Under the pieces are notes generated by a model. The model had not been told where the DNA came from. It was given only the letters and a program-made list of their open reading frames with translations, and did no database searches. This document shows, piece by piece, positions 10,234 through 19,630 of a stretch of 64,000 bases of DNA. The position numbers were made by a program, and so were the translations under genes. Position 1 is the stretch's first letter. Every line of letters starts with the position of its first letter. The stretch lies in contig CALOBN010000006.1 in NCBI GenBank assembly GCA_942491555.1, positions 128,505 to 192,504 on the forward strand, read 5' to 3'. Source of the stretch: an uncultured Gammaproteobacteria bacterium (lineage in GTDB: Bacteria; Pseudomonadota; Gammaproteobacteria; Xanthomonadales; SZUA-36).

Positions 10234-11796
10234 TCAAAGGCCGGTCAACACCGCCGCATAGATTTCGATCGCATCCCACAGATTCTGCAGGCGCAGGTTT
10301 TCGTTGGCGCCGTGCTGGTTATTGTCGTGGTTTGCGATGGGCAGAATCAGCACCGGGGTCTCGAGCACCTCTTCCACCACGAAGATGGGCAGGCTGCCGC
10401 CCATGGTCGGGGTCTGCACCAGCGTATCGTCCGAGAGGCGGTTGAGCACCGCGGACACCTCCCTGGCCAGCGGATCGCTCATATCCGCCCGGTAGGCCGG
10501 GTAACCGCCGGGTACCGGCCAGTCCAGCCTGGCCAGCTTGCCGTGGCGCTGACGGTCCTCAGGCGATGGCACTTGCTGGCCGTCCGGCAGCAGCGTGTAG
10601 CCCTGGGCCTCGATATGCCGCACCACCGCCGCGCGCAGATATTCCGGGGTCTGGTCCGGCACCAGGCGCAGACCGATATTGGCGGTGGCGGAAGTCTGAA
10701 TCGCGTTGCGCGCGTCCGGCCCGACACCCCCGGATACGATCCCCTGCAGGTTGATCGCCGGACGCGAGATGGCGATCTCGACACGATCCTCCGTCTCCGG
10801 CTGCCCGATACCAAATTCGCCGACCAGGCGCTCGTCCATCACCGGGGATGCGGCAATGGCGGCAAGTTCTGCCTCGCTCAGGGGCCGCACCTGGTCGGTC
10901 AGGCCCTCGATAAGAATGTCCCCGTCGGGCGCACGCATGGTGCTGATCAGGGTCACGAGTTGCATAATCGGGTTAGGCGCCCAGTTGCCGTAATGCCCCG
11001 AATGGAGGGGCCGGTTGGCGCCGAACACGGTCAGGTCAAAGCCGACACTGCCCCGCACGCCGTACACCAGCTGCCAGCGACGGCTCTGGTGCATCGGGCC
11101 GTCGCAGAACAGCCACAGGTCCGAGGCGAGCTTGTCCCGGTGCTGCTCCAGCATGGCGCGCAGGTTGGGTGAGCCGGCTTCCTCCTCACCATCCATGAAG
11201 ACCTTCAGGTTAACGGTCGGCGCGATTCCCGCCTCCGCCAGCGCGGTCAGGGCGCCATGCAGGGCGATAATCGGTCCCTTGTCATCGCCGGCCGACCGGG
11301 CAAAAATCCGCCAGTCCGGGTCGAGCGGGGCTTTAAGCGCTACCTCGCGCCCACCGCTCTCCACCATGTCCGTGCGCAGTACCGGTGTCCACGGGTCCGA
11401 GGCCCAGGCCGATGGGTCCACCGGCTGGCCGTCATAGTGGACGTAGATAAGTACCGTGCGCTGCGCCCCGGGCACGAGAAGTTCACCGAACACCGCCGGA
11501 TTCGCGTCGGGCCGGCCGGGTATTTCGAGCAGCTCGGTGCGCATCCCGGCATCTGCCAGCAGGGCTGCTATGTGTTCAGCGTTGCGGCGAATATTGACCT
11601 GGTCACTGGCCACGTTGGGGATGCTCAGCAGCTCTTCGAAGCGTTCGACGATCTCCACCTCCTGGGTCTCGCGCCATTCGCGCGCGGCCGTCGCGGCGCT
11701 CACCGGATCGGCAGAAATTGACGGTGCAATCAGCAAGGTTGCGAGCAGCAGCCCCAGAGATGCACCGGGGCGGCACAGGTTCAATCGCAAGGTCAT
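10234..11796 (-). CDS. M20 family metallopeptidase (dipeptidase-like), exported
   Basis: ATG 11796; signal peptide LGLLLATLLIAPSISA. M20 metal-ligand blocks HYDGQPVD, SAGDDKGPI, DGEEEAGSP and a C-terminal NHDNNQHGANE. Confidence 0.85.
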   Translation of the reverse strand: MTLRLNLCRPGASLGLLLATLLIAPSISADPVSAATAAREWRETQEVEIVERFEELLSIPNVASDQVNIRRNAEHIAALLADAGMRTELLEIPGRPDANPAVFGELLVPGAQRTVLIYVHYDGQPVDPSAWASDPWTPVLRTDMVESGGREVALKAPLDPDWRIFARSAGDDKGPIIALHGALTALAEAGIAPTVNLKVFMDGEEEAGSPNLRAMLEQHRDKLASDLWLFCDGPMHQSRRWQLVYGVRGSVGFDLTVFGANRPLHSGHYGNWAPNPIMQLVTLISTMRAPDGDILIEGLTDQVRPLSEAELAAIAASPVMDERLVGEFGIGQPETEDRVEIAISRPAINLQGIVSGGVGPDARNAIQTSATANIGLRLVPDQTPEYLRAAVVRHIEAQGYTLLPDGQQVPSPEDRQRHGKLARLDWPVPGGYPAYRADMSDPLAREVSAVLNRLSDDTLVQTPTMGGSLPIFVVEEVLETPVLILPIANHDNNQHGANENLRLQNLWDAIEIYAAVLTGL

Positions 11797-11869
11797 CGGG
11801 TCAGCTCCGTTTATTAACTTCGGTCAGGGTAAGGTGCGAGACTAAAGCAAATTGCCTCAGAAACGTATT

Positions 11870-11952
11870 TGGGGCGCTGAAGCGATTACCGGTTTCTGCA
11901 TCTCCTGTGCCGCCCGCTCACCCACCGCCAAGGCTCCTTCAATAAGACCGCA
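11870..11952 (-). pseudogene. orphan diverged copy of the 3' end of the amine-oxidase gene
   Basis: 11904-11950 matches 12950-12996 (the 3' coding end of the gene at 12936..13997) at 39/47 nt by hand alignment. The minus-strand translation GLIEGALAVGERAAQEM compares with the intact GLIEGALAAGEMAAQGM. Homology stops exactly at the AATTGGATCCGACCCC motif. Confidence 0.65.
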
Positions 11953-11955
11953 GAA

Positions 11956-11971
11956 AATTGGATCCGACCCC
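11956..11971. repeat. AATTGGATCCGACCCC intergenic repeat unit
   Basis: The same 15-16-mer recurs as an inverted pair at 15940-15954 / 15990-16005. It shares the GACCCCTTWA core with 27895-27922 and 29733-29760. Confidence 0.6.
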
Positions 11972-12110
11972 TTAATACTTAATATAGATTAAGACTTCTT
12001 AACAATATGCTTAAACTTTGTTTTGCATCACGTATATTTTTATTACAAAACATCAGGCTATAAAGTGATACAGTGGCGGATGGTGTTAATTTTCAGGGAG
12101 GTCAAGAACA

Positions 12111-12785
12111 ATGAAAAAAGTAATCATCGTATTACTGTTAGCCCTATCCAGCTCAGTTTCAGCACAAATTGATGAAAAAGCATCTCAAAACCTCTCTAAC
12201 TCAGCCCCGATAGAAACACTGGAGGCTGCGGCTCCATTTTTTGGAAGTCTTGCCGGGGCGCCAACTTATAACCGAATTTTTGCTTCCGGTCCCTTCGTAG
12301 GATGTGATAACCCCAGCACTTTTTCGGCCACTGGCATCGGGATTTCTTTTGCATTGGTTCCGATCTACAGCCCCACAGGGGCAACACTGGTAGCAAGTCT
12401 TGACAACCCGGGCACTGACATCGGCGATCCCGTGCTCAGCGTCTACTGCGATCCGTTCGATGAATCAGATGCGTCGCTTAACCTGGCCGGCTATAACGAT
12501 GATTTCTTCGGGCTCATCAGTGCATTTGACGGCTCCGAAGGGATTGTTCTCGAGCCTAATACCCAATATTTTATGGTGGTCAGCCTTTTTGCTCCTGGCA
12601 GCATAGGCGGCGGCAACTTTGAACTCACGGTCGGTGCAACCTCACCTGGAGAAGACGTACTGTTTGGGTCACCGGCCTCGCTATCAGGGACTCAGCCAAT
12701 TCCAGTTAACAACCCGGCACTCCTGGCGCTGTTGATTGCGCTGATGGCTGGCCTCGGTGTGTTTGCGGTTCGTCGCTTCGCCTGA
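12111..12785 (+). CDS. small secreted protein with IPTL-CTERM/PEP-CTERM-like C-terminal sorting signal
   Basis: SD GGGAGG 9-15 nt upstream; signal peptide MKKVIIVLLLALSSSVSA. The C-terminus IPVNNPALLALLIALMAGLGVFAVRRFA is a short motif, then a TM helix, then a basic tail. The body has PPC-like LSVYCDPFD...NLAGYNDD. Very AT-rich context (16/60 G+C at 12001-12060). Confidence 0.7.
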   Translation: MKKVIIVLLLALSSSVSAQIDEKASQNLSNSAPIETLEAAAPFFGSLAGAPTYNRIFASGPFVGCDNPSTFSATGIGISFALVPIYSPTGATLVASLDNPGTDIGDPVLSVYCDPFDESDASLNLAGYNDDFFGLISAFDGSEGIVLEPNTQYFMVVSLFAPGSIGGGNFELTVGATSPGEDVLFGSPASLSGTQPIPVNNPALLALLIALMAGLGVFAVRRFA

Positions 12786-12810
12786 CGTTCCGGCTATTGG
12801 TTTGATTAGA

Positions 12811-12837
12811 AGGGCGACCATCGTGTCGCCCTTTTTC
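12811..12837 (+). terminator. rho-independent terminator
   Basis: AGGGCGAC (12811-18), loop CATCGT, GTCGCCCT (12825-32), then TTTTT; 26 nt after the stop at 12785. Confidence 0.8.
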
Positions 12838-12935
12838 ATTGCTTATGAACAAGCGTAAGTCAGTCGCTCTGGCTGTTATCTGCCGATGCAATAAAAATTG
12901 AATCGATCGGATGTTCCCGTGATTGTTCAAGCACC

Positions 12936-13997
12936 TTACCCCAGCATCCCCTGTGCCGCCATTTCACCCGCCGCGAGCGCCCCTTCAATAAGACCGGGAC
13001 TCAGGTTCGATGCCTCCGATACCGCAAACCGGAGGCGGCCGTCGAGCTGCGGCTGTCTGAGCACAGCAGGCCCCACGTCTGGATGCGCTCCCGCTTGTGC
13101 GAGGTCCAGATCAGTGACGATCCGGGGGTTTATGGCCCAGTCCTTGATGACCAGTTCCAGGGGCTGCGCCGCTTTGTCGCCAAAGCACTCGACCAGCTGA
13201 GCGAGGATCGCCTTTCTGAGCCCCGCCGGATCCCTTCGGCGTTGCTCCGGAGTCCAGCCAATGAAACCGAACAGCGCCGCCGGTTGATTGTCGATAGCCG
13301 AGTGATCGTGAACCTCTACGAGCGGTCCGCTGCGGCTGGCGACCCTGCCCGAAAGGCCCGCCTCGCGCCAAAATGGCCGTTCAAAGAGCGCCACGGCCTT
13401 GGCCTGGCTGGCCATCCAGGTCGGCGTCCCGCGCATGGCGCTGCGCAGACTTTCTGAAAGCCAGGGTAACTGCAGGGTTGCGAGGGCCACACGCAAAGGA
13501 ACAGAAACGATGACCCTTTGCGTTGTGATGATCTCCCCGGAGTCGAGATGGACGGCCAGGTGTTCCGAACCCGCTTCAAAAATACCGGTGACCGGGGTGT
13601 GGGTGGTGATATTGGCGCTGCCAACCCGCCGGGCAAGCTCGTCGATCATTGACACCGGCCCACCGACAATCCGCACCATGCCATCCTGTCCCGGCAACGG
13701 CTGGTACAGCGGCGCAGGACCATAACCGGTAATGACGGCATTGCCTTCATTAAATTGCGCAAAGGTCTCCAGGCCCAGCTTCGTCAGCCATCGCGCGACC
13801 ACCGGTTGGTATTTTGGCCAGACCCAGGTCGGGCCGAGGTCGGCAAGCGCGCGATGACTGAGCGGATCACGCAGGGAGCGAATGCGGCCGCCTAAATGGG
13901 CATCCGCCTCCACCACGCTCACGCCCGCTCCTGCCTCAACGAGTGTTGCGGCCGCGGTAAGCCCGGCAAGACCGGCGCCGATTACGACTACGTCCAT
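12936..13997 (-). CDS. FAD-dependent amine oxidase family oxidoreductase
   Basis: ORF 12936..14036; likely start ATG 13997 (MDVVVIGAGLAGLTAA Rossmann GxGxxG). Later EADAHLGGR, typical of flavin amine oxidases. Confidence 0.85.
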   Translation of the reverse strand: MDVVVIGAGLAGLTAAATLVEAGAGVSVVEADAHLGGRIRSLRDPLSHRALADLGPTWVWPKYQPVVARWLTKLGLETFAQFNEGNAVITGYGPAPLYQPLPGQDGMVRIVGGPVSMIDELARRVGSANITTHTPVTGIFEAGSEHLAVHLDSGEIITTQRVIVSVPLRVALATLQLPWLSESLRSAMRGTPTWMASQAKAVALFERPFWREAGLSGRVASRSGPLVEVHDHSAIDNQPAALFGFIGWTPEQRRRDPAGLRKAILAQLVECFGDKAAQPLELVIKDWAINPRIVTDLDLAQAGAHPDVGPAVLRQPQLDGRLRFAVSEASNLSPGLIEGALAAGEMAAQGMLG

Positions 13998-14022
13998 CAC
14001 TGAGCCCTTCACTGCGGGCGAG

Positions 14023-14778
14023 CTACTCCAGCCCACCCAGGGTCACGCTGATGGCCTGGCCGCTGACACCGCTGGATTCTTCGGTCGCAAGAAACGCGAT
14101 GAGCTCCGCCACCTCCCCCTGCGTGGGCACCCGGCCGGGCGGATACCCTGCAGCGCGCTCGGCCCATACCTCGTCAAACGTCATGCCGCGTCGCTCCGCT
14201 TCCGCTTCAGCCGAGCGGTCTGCCATCTCCGTGCGGACCCAGCCGGGCAGAACCGCATTGGAGGTAACCCCAAAAGGGCCGCCATCCAGGGCCACGGATC
14301 GCATCAAACCCAGCAAACCGTGCTTGGAGCTGGTGTAGGCACTGCCGGCATGTTCGGCGATCTCACCGGCGGTCGAGCTGGTGTAAACGACCCGGCCATA
14401 GCCCCGGTCCTTCATATCACCGACGACCAGGCGGGACAGGTAAAACGGCCCATCCAGATTGATGCGCAGAGTTTCGTGCCAGAGCTCCGGGTCCTGTTCC
14501 CAGATGACCCGCTCATGGGCGGAACCGATACCGTGATTACAGGCGAGGATGTCGATGGGCCCGAGGCGCTCAAGCGTCTCCCGGAATGCCTGCTCACAGC
14601 CTTCCGGACTGCCCAGGTCCGCCACCACGTAATCCAGACCCGTGGCAGCCAGCTCCGATTCAGTCCGGGCAACGCACATCACGCGGGCGCCGCGCGAGGC
14701 CAGCAGTTGCGCGACGGTCTTGCCGATACCCCTTCCTGCTCCGGTAACCAGTGCAACCCTGTTTTCAACTCCTGCCAT
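14023..14778 (-). CDS. SDR family oxidoreductase
   Basis: ORF 14023..14829; likely start ATG 14778 (MAGVENRVALVTGAGRGIGK, TGxxxGxG). Catalytic YTSSK (YxxxK) and an NAVLPG block. Confidence 0.9.
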   Translation of the reverse strand: MAGVENRVALVTGAGRGIGKTVAQLLASRGARVMCVARTESELAATGLDYVVADLGSPEGCEQAFRETLERLGPIDILACNHGIGSAHERVIWEQDPELWHETLRINLDGPFYLSRLVVGDMKDRGYGRVVYTSSTAGEIAEHAGSAYTSSKHGLLGLMRSVALDGGPFGVTSNAVLPGWVRTEMADRSAEAEAERRGMTFDEVWAERAAGYPPGRVPTQGEVAELIAFLATEESSGVSGQAISVTLGGLE

Positions 14779-14867
14779 GGCGTTCCGCCTCCCAGCTGTG
14801 TAATCCATCCAGGCACCTGCCCGGTACATCTCCGGATTCTACCCTGACGTCTCTATTCCGACGTGTA

Positions 14868-14910
14868 AAAGGGGCCGGATACCAGTAAATTTAACGTATC
14901 CGGCCCCTTT
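14868..14910. repeat. REP-like hairpin AAAGGGGCCGGATA / TATCCGGCCCCTTT
   Basis: Perfect 14-nt arms (14868-14881 and 14897-14910) with a 15-nt loop containing TTTAAC, like the 846-883 hairpin. It sits in a divergent promoter region, so it is not acting as a terminator here. Confidence 0.7.
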
Positions 14911-15024
14911 ATCACCCGCTATAAATCATGACATGCGTCACGTTACAGCGGCCCTGAGGGTCTATGCTTGGGAAGTAGATAAACCTGCAAAATAAATCGT
15001 TTTGCGCTACCCATTGGAGTCGTC

Positions 15025-15225
15025 ATGAAAACGAATATTCACCCCATTGAACGTGTTGTCCGGGTTCTTGCCGGCGCGGCCATTGTCAGCCTGGTCTTTA
15101 TCGGCCCGCAGTCTCCCTGGGGCTGGCTCGGCCTGGTGCCGATCGCCACGGGCCTGATCGGCTGGTGCCCACCTTATGCCTTGCTTGGTATCAGCACCTG
15201 CAAGACGACACCGAAGGTCGGCTGA
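15025..15225 (+). CDS. DUF2892 (YgaP-like) small membrane protein
   Basis: 66 aa. NIHPIERVVRVLAGAAIVSL...GLVPIATGLIGWCPPYALLGISTC matches the DUF2892 pattern (two TM helices, C-terminal GxCPxY..LG). Confidence 0.8.
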   Translation: MKTNIHPIERVVRVLAGAAIVSLVFIGPQSPWGWLGLVPIATGLIGWCPPYALLGISTCKTTPKVG

Positions 15226-15269
15226 TCGCGCAACGCACGTTTCGCTCGAGCGCCTCCATCATTTGCAAC

Positions 15270-15836
15270 CTATTCCGAAGTCATGTGATGCATGGTCTTC
15301 TTGTTGCTTACAGGTACCATGATGTGGGCATAGGGGGTGTCGCCCCACATCACGTATGGGCCGCCGCTACTTGGGTCGCTGGTGAGGCCCTCGAGCATTT
15401 CCTTTGGCACAACAATCATCAGGTGCGGTCCGGTCTCAACATAGTCTTCCGCATTGGCCCGGTCGGGATGGTAAGGGTCTGAATTACTGACACCAGAGCC
15501 AGGAGGCTCACCCTGCAACATGTAGGAAATCCCGATCTGGCTGGCGTGGAAATCTGCCTGCTGGCCAAAAGCACCTAACATCTCCATCCAGACAGCGTCA
15601 TTGCACATCGGCGCGTTGTCACCAGCGAATGTGTCAGGCAGGCACGTCCAGCCATTGCTGCCTGTCACCAGCACGGTCCCATCACTATCCACGATTGTGG
15701 CCTCCGAACTGATCGCATCAGGGGCCGCAGACCGGGCCTGCGCTATTCGATCGGCTTTATCGTCTCCGGCAAGCGCTGCCCCCATGAAACCAAGAATCAG
15801 AGCGCTCAGAAGCGTGGATTTGGTGAATGAATGCAT
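15270..15836 (-). CDS. hypothetical exported protein
   Basis: ATG 15836; signal peptide MHSFTKSTLLSALILGFMGAALA. Coding-like composition, no family recognised. Confidence 0.6.
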   Translation of the reverse strand: MHSFTKSTLLSALILGFMGAALAGDDKADRIAQARSAAPDAISSEATIVDSDGTVLVTGSNGWTCLPDTFAGDNAPMCNDAVWMEMLGAFGQQADFHASQIGISYMLQGEPPGSGVSNSDPYHPDRANAEDYVETGPHLMIVVPKEMLEGLTSDPSSGGPYVMWGDTPYAHIMVPVSNKKTMHHMTSE

Positions 15837-15939
15837 GACTAAGTCCTCATATCACCAACAAAATTGTTGGTGAACTCAAGCATAGGCTAGCCCACGGGCC
15901 TTTGCTCATGGCCAATCCTTTTATCCCATGCCCTAGAGT

Positions 15940-16005
15940 GGGTCGGATCCAATTAATCAGATCCAATTAGTCACTTTTGGCCGGCTTTCAATTTGGATCC
16001 GACCC
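15940..16005. repeat. inverted pair of GGGTCGGATCCAATT units
   Basis: GGGTCGGATCCAATT (15940-54) and AATTTGGATCCGACCC (15990-16005) are reverse complements apart from a 1-nt indel. There is an extra GATCCAATT copy between them. Confidence 0.65.
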
Positions 16006-16044
16006 CCTAAACCCGAAAACCGGTTCGTGATGCCGGGCTGATGT

Positions 16045-16389
16045 TCACCGCGCCCGGCGTACCGCCATAAACGACCGAATCATGAGCACAAGCAGCGCGC
16101 CGCATAATACGAGCATGCCGACGTTGACCGTCAGCGCAAGCGGGCTCATCTGCGCCGCCCGGATGACGAGTGTCGCGGCCGGGGCCAGTGCCCCGAGCAA
16201 CGCGACAACAGCGGCGACATGCATGAGATGACGTCGTCCGCCATCGAAGGCGAGCGCAAGCCCGCCGAGAATGCCGAGTGCGACCCCGACGTAGGCCGGC
16301 AGCAGCGCGGTGCGGCTACCTGAGAAAATAAAAGCGCTGACCCCGAGGGCAATCAGCAGAACGGCAAATAGCAGCGTCGGTTTTGGCAT
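16045..16389 (-). CDS. small integral membrane protein (hypothetical)
   Basis: ATG 16389; 114 aa, almost entirely hydrophobic helices (LLFAVLLIALGVSAFIF..., ALGILGGLALAF...). Confidence 0.6.
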   Translation of the reverse strand: MPKPTLLFAVLLIALGVSAFIFSGSRTALLPAYVGVALGILGGLALAFDGGRRHLMHVAAVVALLGALAPAATLVIRAAQMSPLALTVNVGMLVLCGALLVLMIRSFMAVRRAR

Positions 16390-16596
16390 AGTTCATATTC
16401 CCGGGAAGTGTTGATGGGTGGCGGGACCGCAGCCCCGAAAATAAAAGTTTATTTCTAACCCGAAGCGTACCTTGTCTATCCAGATACTGTCGTGAATGCC
16501 CGCGAGAAATCTGACCAAGGATCCCGTATGGGCCATGCCCTGCTGCGCTCGTCAATCGCCTATAATTCTTCGTCACGTCAGCCTCTGGTCCCTAAC

Positions 16597-17475
16597 ATGA
16601 ACGAATCACAAGCTTCGCCCGCGAAAATGGCCTGGCCGGAATCGCTGGCGCCTATCGCCAACCGCCTGTGCTGCCCGGTCTGCAGGAGCGAACTGAATTT
16701 TACGGGTGAGCACATCGCCTGTACCGGATGCGCCCAGAATTATCCCCTGCTGGAGGGTATGCCACTGCTGGCGAAAGAGGGCACGGTGGAGAACTGGGCC
16801 CCTGAAACCACGATCAGCGAGGACAGTACCGAGTACCAGCAGGCCTACCAGGAGGTCGCCGAGGCCGAATTCTATAATCGCGAATACGAGCGACATCTGT
16901 TCAAGCGCTGGAGCACCGCTACCGAGTACCGGCTTCTGAACCGGCTGCTGGGTAGCCAGGGCCGCAGCGAGATCATCCTGGATATCCCGAGTGGTGGTGG
17001 CCGCCTGAGCCCGGGCATCGCGCCGCATGCAGACCTGATCATTGAGGCGGATATCGCCCTGGGCCAGATTCTTTATGGCTCACGCAAACCCGCGCTGGAG
17101 ACTCCGCAGCTGTGGATGACCGCCTCAGCGTTTCACATCCCGCTTCGCGACAACGCCGTCGACGGTACGGTGTGCCCCCGGCTCAACCACCACCTGCCCA
17201 GTGCGGCCGAACGTGAGCGGCTCATCGAGGAACTGTTGCGGGTATCACGGCGCTTCGTGGTCATGACCTTCTTCGATTATCACTCGTTCAAGAACTGGTG
17301 GCGGCGGGCGCGGGCGCCATTCAACAAGAAGCCGCCGAAGCTGACCATGACCGTGCAGAGGGTGCGGGAACTGGCCGAGGCCAATGGTGCGCGCCTGGTG
17401 GAATACCCCATGCTTTCGGCCTTGTCCTCCGGGCATCGCTACGCGCTGATGGTAAAAGAGGATGCCCCGGGCTGA
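16597..17475 (+). CDS. class I SAM-dependent methyltransferase with N-terminal Trm112-like zinc ribbon
   Basis: ORF 16492..17475; likely start ATG 16597. CCPVCRSEL...IACTGCAQNYPLLEGMPLL zinc ribbon, then ILDIPSGGGRL (motif I) and a methyltransferase-like core. Confidence 0.75.
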   Translation: MNESQASPAKMAWPESLAPIANRLCCPVCRSELNFTGEHIACTGCAQNYPLLEGMPLLAKEGTVENWAPETTISEDSTEYQQAYQEVAEAEFYNREYERHLFKRWSTATEYRLLNRLLGSQGRSEIILDIPSGGGRLSPGIAPHADLIIEADIALGQILYGSRKPALETPQLWMTASAFHIPLRDNAVDGTVCPRLNHHLPSAAERERLIEELLRVSRRFVVMTFFDYHSFKNWWRRARAPFNKKPPKLTMTVQRVRELAEANGARLVEYPMLSALSSGHRYALMVKEDAPG

Positions 17476-17483
17476 CGCCGCGT

Positions 17484-18365
17484 TCAGCTCTCCAGAATGA
17501 CCGACGCAGTGTCCAGCCGCCGGTAGGATCCGCTAGCGACATCGTAGCGCCCGGCCTTCCCCGGGCTGCTGGAACCCATCAGCAGCTTGCGCAGGCGGCT
17601 CTTAAGCCGCCGTAGCCGCCAGGCATGATGATTTCGCAGCTTAATGCCCGCGTCCACATTCCGGGCCGCCGCGGCACTACCTTCACAGTAGGCCAGCACC
17701 AGCGCCTCCCGCTCCCCGCCAGTAAAGGCAAGGTCGCCGTTGCGCATGCGCAGCAGGCAGGCCAGGTCCAACGCCGCCTCATCGCTGCCGGTGATGTCAT
17801 GCGCCGCGAGCGTCGCGTAGGGAAAATCGATGGCCAGCACCGGTTCTTTATTCGCGTCCAGGGTTCGCAACAGGTTGCGCGGCGCAGCGGTCGCCCAGTA
17901 AAGGCCGGCGCGATGAAGGCGGCCCAGCAACGCTCCGGACCAGCCCGCCAGTTGCAAACGCTCCGCAGCCGACAGTTCCGGGCACCGCAATTCCTGCTCC
18001 AGGTCGCGCCCCTCTACGGGGTCAAGGGCCAGGGCACTGAAGCGCAGGCCACCCAGGACCCTATGCTCCAGCCAGTAAATCGGCCGGGCCACGGGCAGCC
18101 CGCGGCGATGGGCATTCATCATGACCGTGAATTCGCGGTTGGCCCGGGACGATACGCCCAGCGTGCGCAGGCCAAGGTGTGCGGGAACAGCGTAGATTTT
18201 CAGGATCTGGCCGGGACGGTCGGGGGCTTCGAGGCGCAGCACCCGCGAGCGGGGCTTGTCCTGCAGAATGGACCAGTGGGCATGATCGGCGACCCGGCCC
18301 CCGGCTGCTTGCCCGGTAGCTTGCCAGGCAGCCTCCAGGTTGGTCCACAGTAACAAGTCGCTCAT
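17484..18365 (-). CDS. lipopolysaccharide kinase (Kdo/WaaP/InaA) family protein
   Basis: ATG 18365; 293 aa. Pattern ...RVLRLE...ILKIY...REF..M......GLPV..P...LE...LGG...SAL..D.. with later LLGRLHRAGLYW..AAPRNLL, which resembles the LPS-kinase fold. By-eye call. Confidence 0.65.
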   Translation of the reverse strand: MSDLLLWTNLEAAWQATGQAAGGRVADHAHWSILQDKPRSRVLRLEAPDRPGQILKIYAVPAHLGLRTLGVSSRANREFTVMMNAHRRGLPVARPIYWLEHRVLGGLRFSALALDPVEGRDLEQELRCPELSAAERLQLAGWSGALLGRLHRAGLYWATAAPRNLLRTLDANKEPVLAIDFPYATLAAHDITGSDEAALDLACLLRMRNGDLAFTGGEREALVLAYCEGSAAAARNVDAGIKLRNHHAWRLRRLKSRLRKLLMGSSSPGKAGRYDVASGSYRRLDTASVILES

Positions 18366-18491
18366 GGCACTTCACTCTTCTCACTTCCGGGGTGTGAATC
18401 CGTTCGAACCTCCACAGGCCGCGCCCGCTGCCCGGGAATGTTAAACCATAGATGGTTTGTTGGTCAGTCGCCTTCACCTCAGGCAAGCGAT

Positions 18492-19385
18492 TCAGGTATT
18501 CGATGCCCTGAAGATACTCCCGATCGAACGGTCAAGCATATGGTTGAATTCTTCATCGGACTGCTGGACAAAAAGCCCCTCACTGAGGGCCCGCGAGAAG
18601 CTCGCAACCATGCCGTTTTGCTGTGCCAGACGAGTATTCGCTTCTTCGCGGCTGTAGCCTCCGGACAGTGCCACAACCCTTAATGTTTTGGGGTGCGCGA
18701 TACATTCGGCATAAAGATTGTTCCTTTCTGGCAAAGTCAGCTTGAGCATGACCAGCTCGCCATCATCCAGAGCATCAAGGTGCTTTTTGAGCTCTCTCAC
18801 CAAAAGGTCTTCGGCCTGCGCCTTGTCCGGACAGTGGATATCGATTTCCGGCTCAATAATGGGCACCAGGCCGGCGGCGAAAATATGGCGGGCGATCTCA
18901 AATTGCTGATTCACAATGGCGGCGATGCCTTCAGCGTTGGCCTGCTTGATGACCGAACGCATTTTGGTACCAAAAACGCCCTCCTCCCTGGCTTTCCCCA
19001 GCAATGTGTCCAGGTTGGGGATAGGTTTCATGAGTTGGACCCCGTTGTGTTCATCGGCCAGGCCTTTGTCTACTTTCAGGATCGGAACGACGTTCTTCTC
19101 CTCCCACAAGTAACGTGCGGTCGGCTTACCATCAATTTCGCGATCCAGGGTGTTTTCAAAAAGAATCGCGGCCAGGATACGGTCACCTCCAAATGCCGGA
19201 CTGGTGATGATGCGGGTCCGCATCTCATGCACCTTGTCAAACATTTCTTCGTCCGAGGTATAGGCATCCCCGGGCACCCCGTAGAGCTGGAGGGCTTTTG
19301 GCGTACTGCCGCCACTCTGGTCCAGGGCCGCAATGAACCCCGGCTGGGTTTTCATTTTTTCCAGCTGTTTATTGAATATGCTCAC
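18492..19385 (-). CDS. class I fructose-bisphosphate aldolase (Fda type)
   Basis: GTG 19385, with GGAG 6 nt upstream. [31 protein letters not shown]...LKVDKGLA...NGVQLMKPI...FGTKMRS...LVPIIEPE...[14 protein letters not shown] is near-collinear with the staphylococcal-type class I aldolase as I remember it. Confidence 0.9.
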   Translation of the reverse strand: MSIFNKQLEKMKTQPGFIAALDQSGGSTPKALQLYGVPGDAYTSDEEMFDKVHEMRTRIITSPAFGGDRILAAILFENTLDREIDGKPTARYLWEEKNVVPILKVDKGLADEHNGVQLMKPIPNLDTLLGKAREEGVFGTKMRSVIKQANAEGIAAIVNQQFEIARHIFAAGLVPIIEPEIDIHCPDKAQAEDLLVRELKKHLDALDDGELVMLKLTLPERNNLYAECIAHPKTLRVVALSGGYSREEANTRLAQQNGMVASFSRALSEGLFVQQSDEEFNHMLDRSIGSIFRASNT

Positions 19386-19630
19386 ATTTGTCTCCGTCGG
19401 TTCCTCATTAATCCTGATTAAGAATAGTGCTAAAGGGATGCACCCCGCATGCCCTGCGTCAATGAATGGTCACTGGCTGGGAAGAAACACCCAAAATACA
19501 GCTTGCGCTACTGCTTCGCAGCAGTGCTGCACAAAATACCCCGCTGTCTCCTGCACCATCCACACTCCGCGGTCATGAGCGACTTAAGCGAAATGTATCC
19601 GGCCCCTTTTACTGGGCTTAGAATACGCCG

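Noticed and set aside
18402-18410. GTTCGAACC (T-loop-like) suggesting a tRNA on the minus strand
   Set aside because: The surrounding sequence offers no acceptor stem, D-arm or anticodon arm. No other tRNA- or rRNA-like segment was seen in the window.
18442-18457. Near-palindrome AAACCATAGATGGTTT about 80 nt upstream of the LPS-kinase-family gene
   Set aside because: It is a single occurrence, 7/8 symmetric, with no associated regulator in the window. That is not enough to call an operator.
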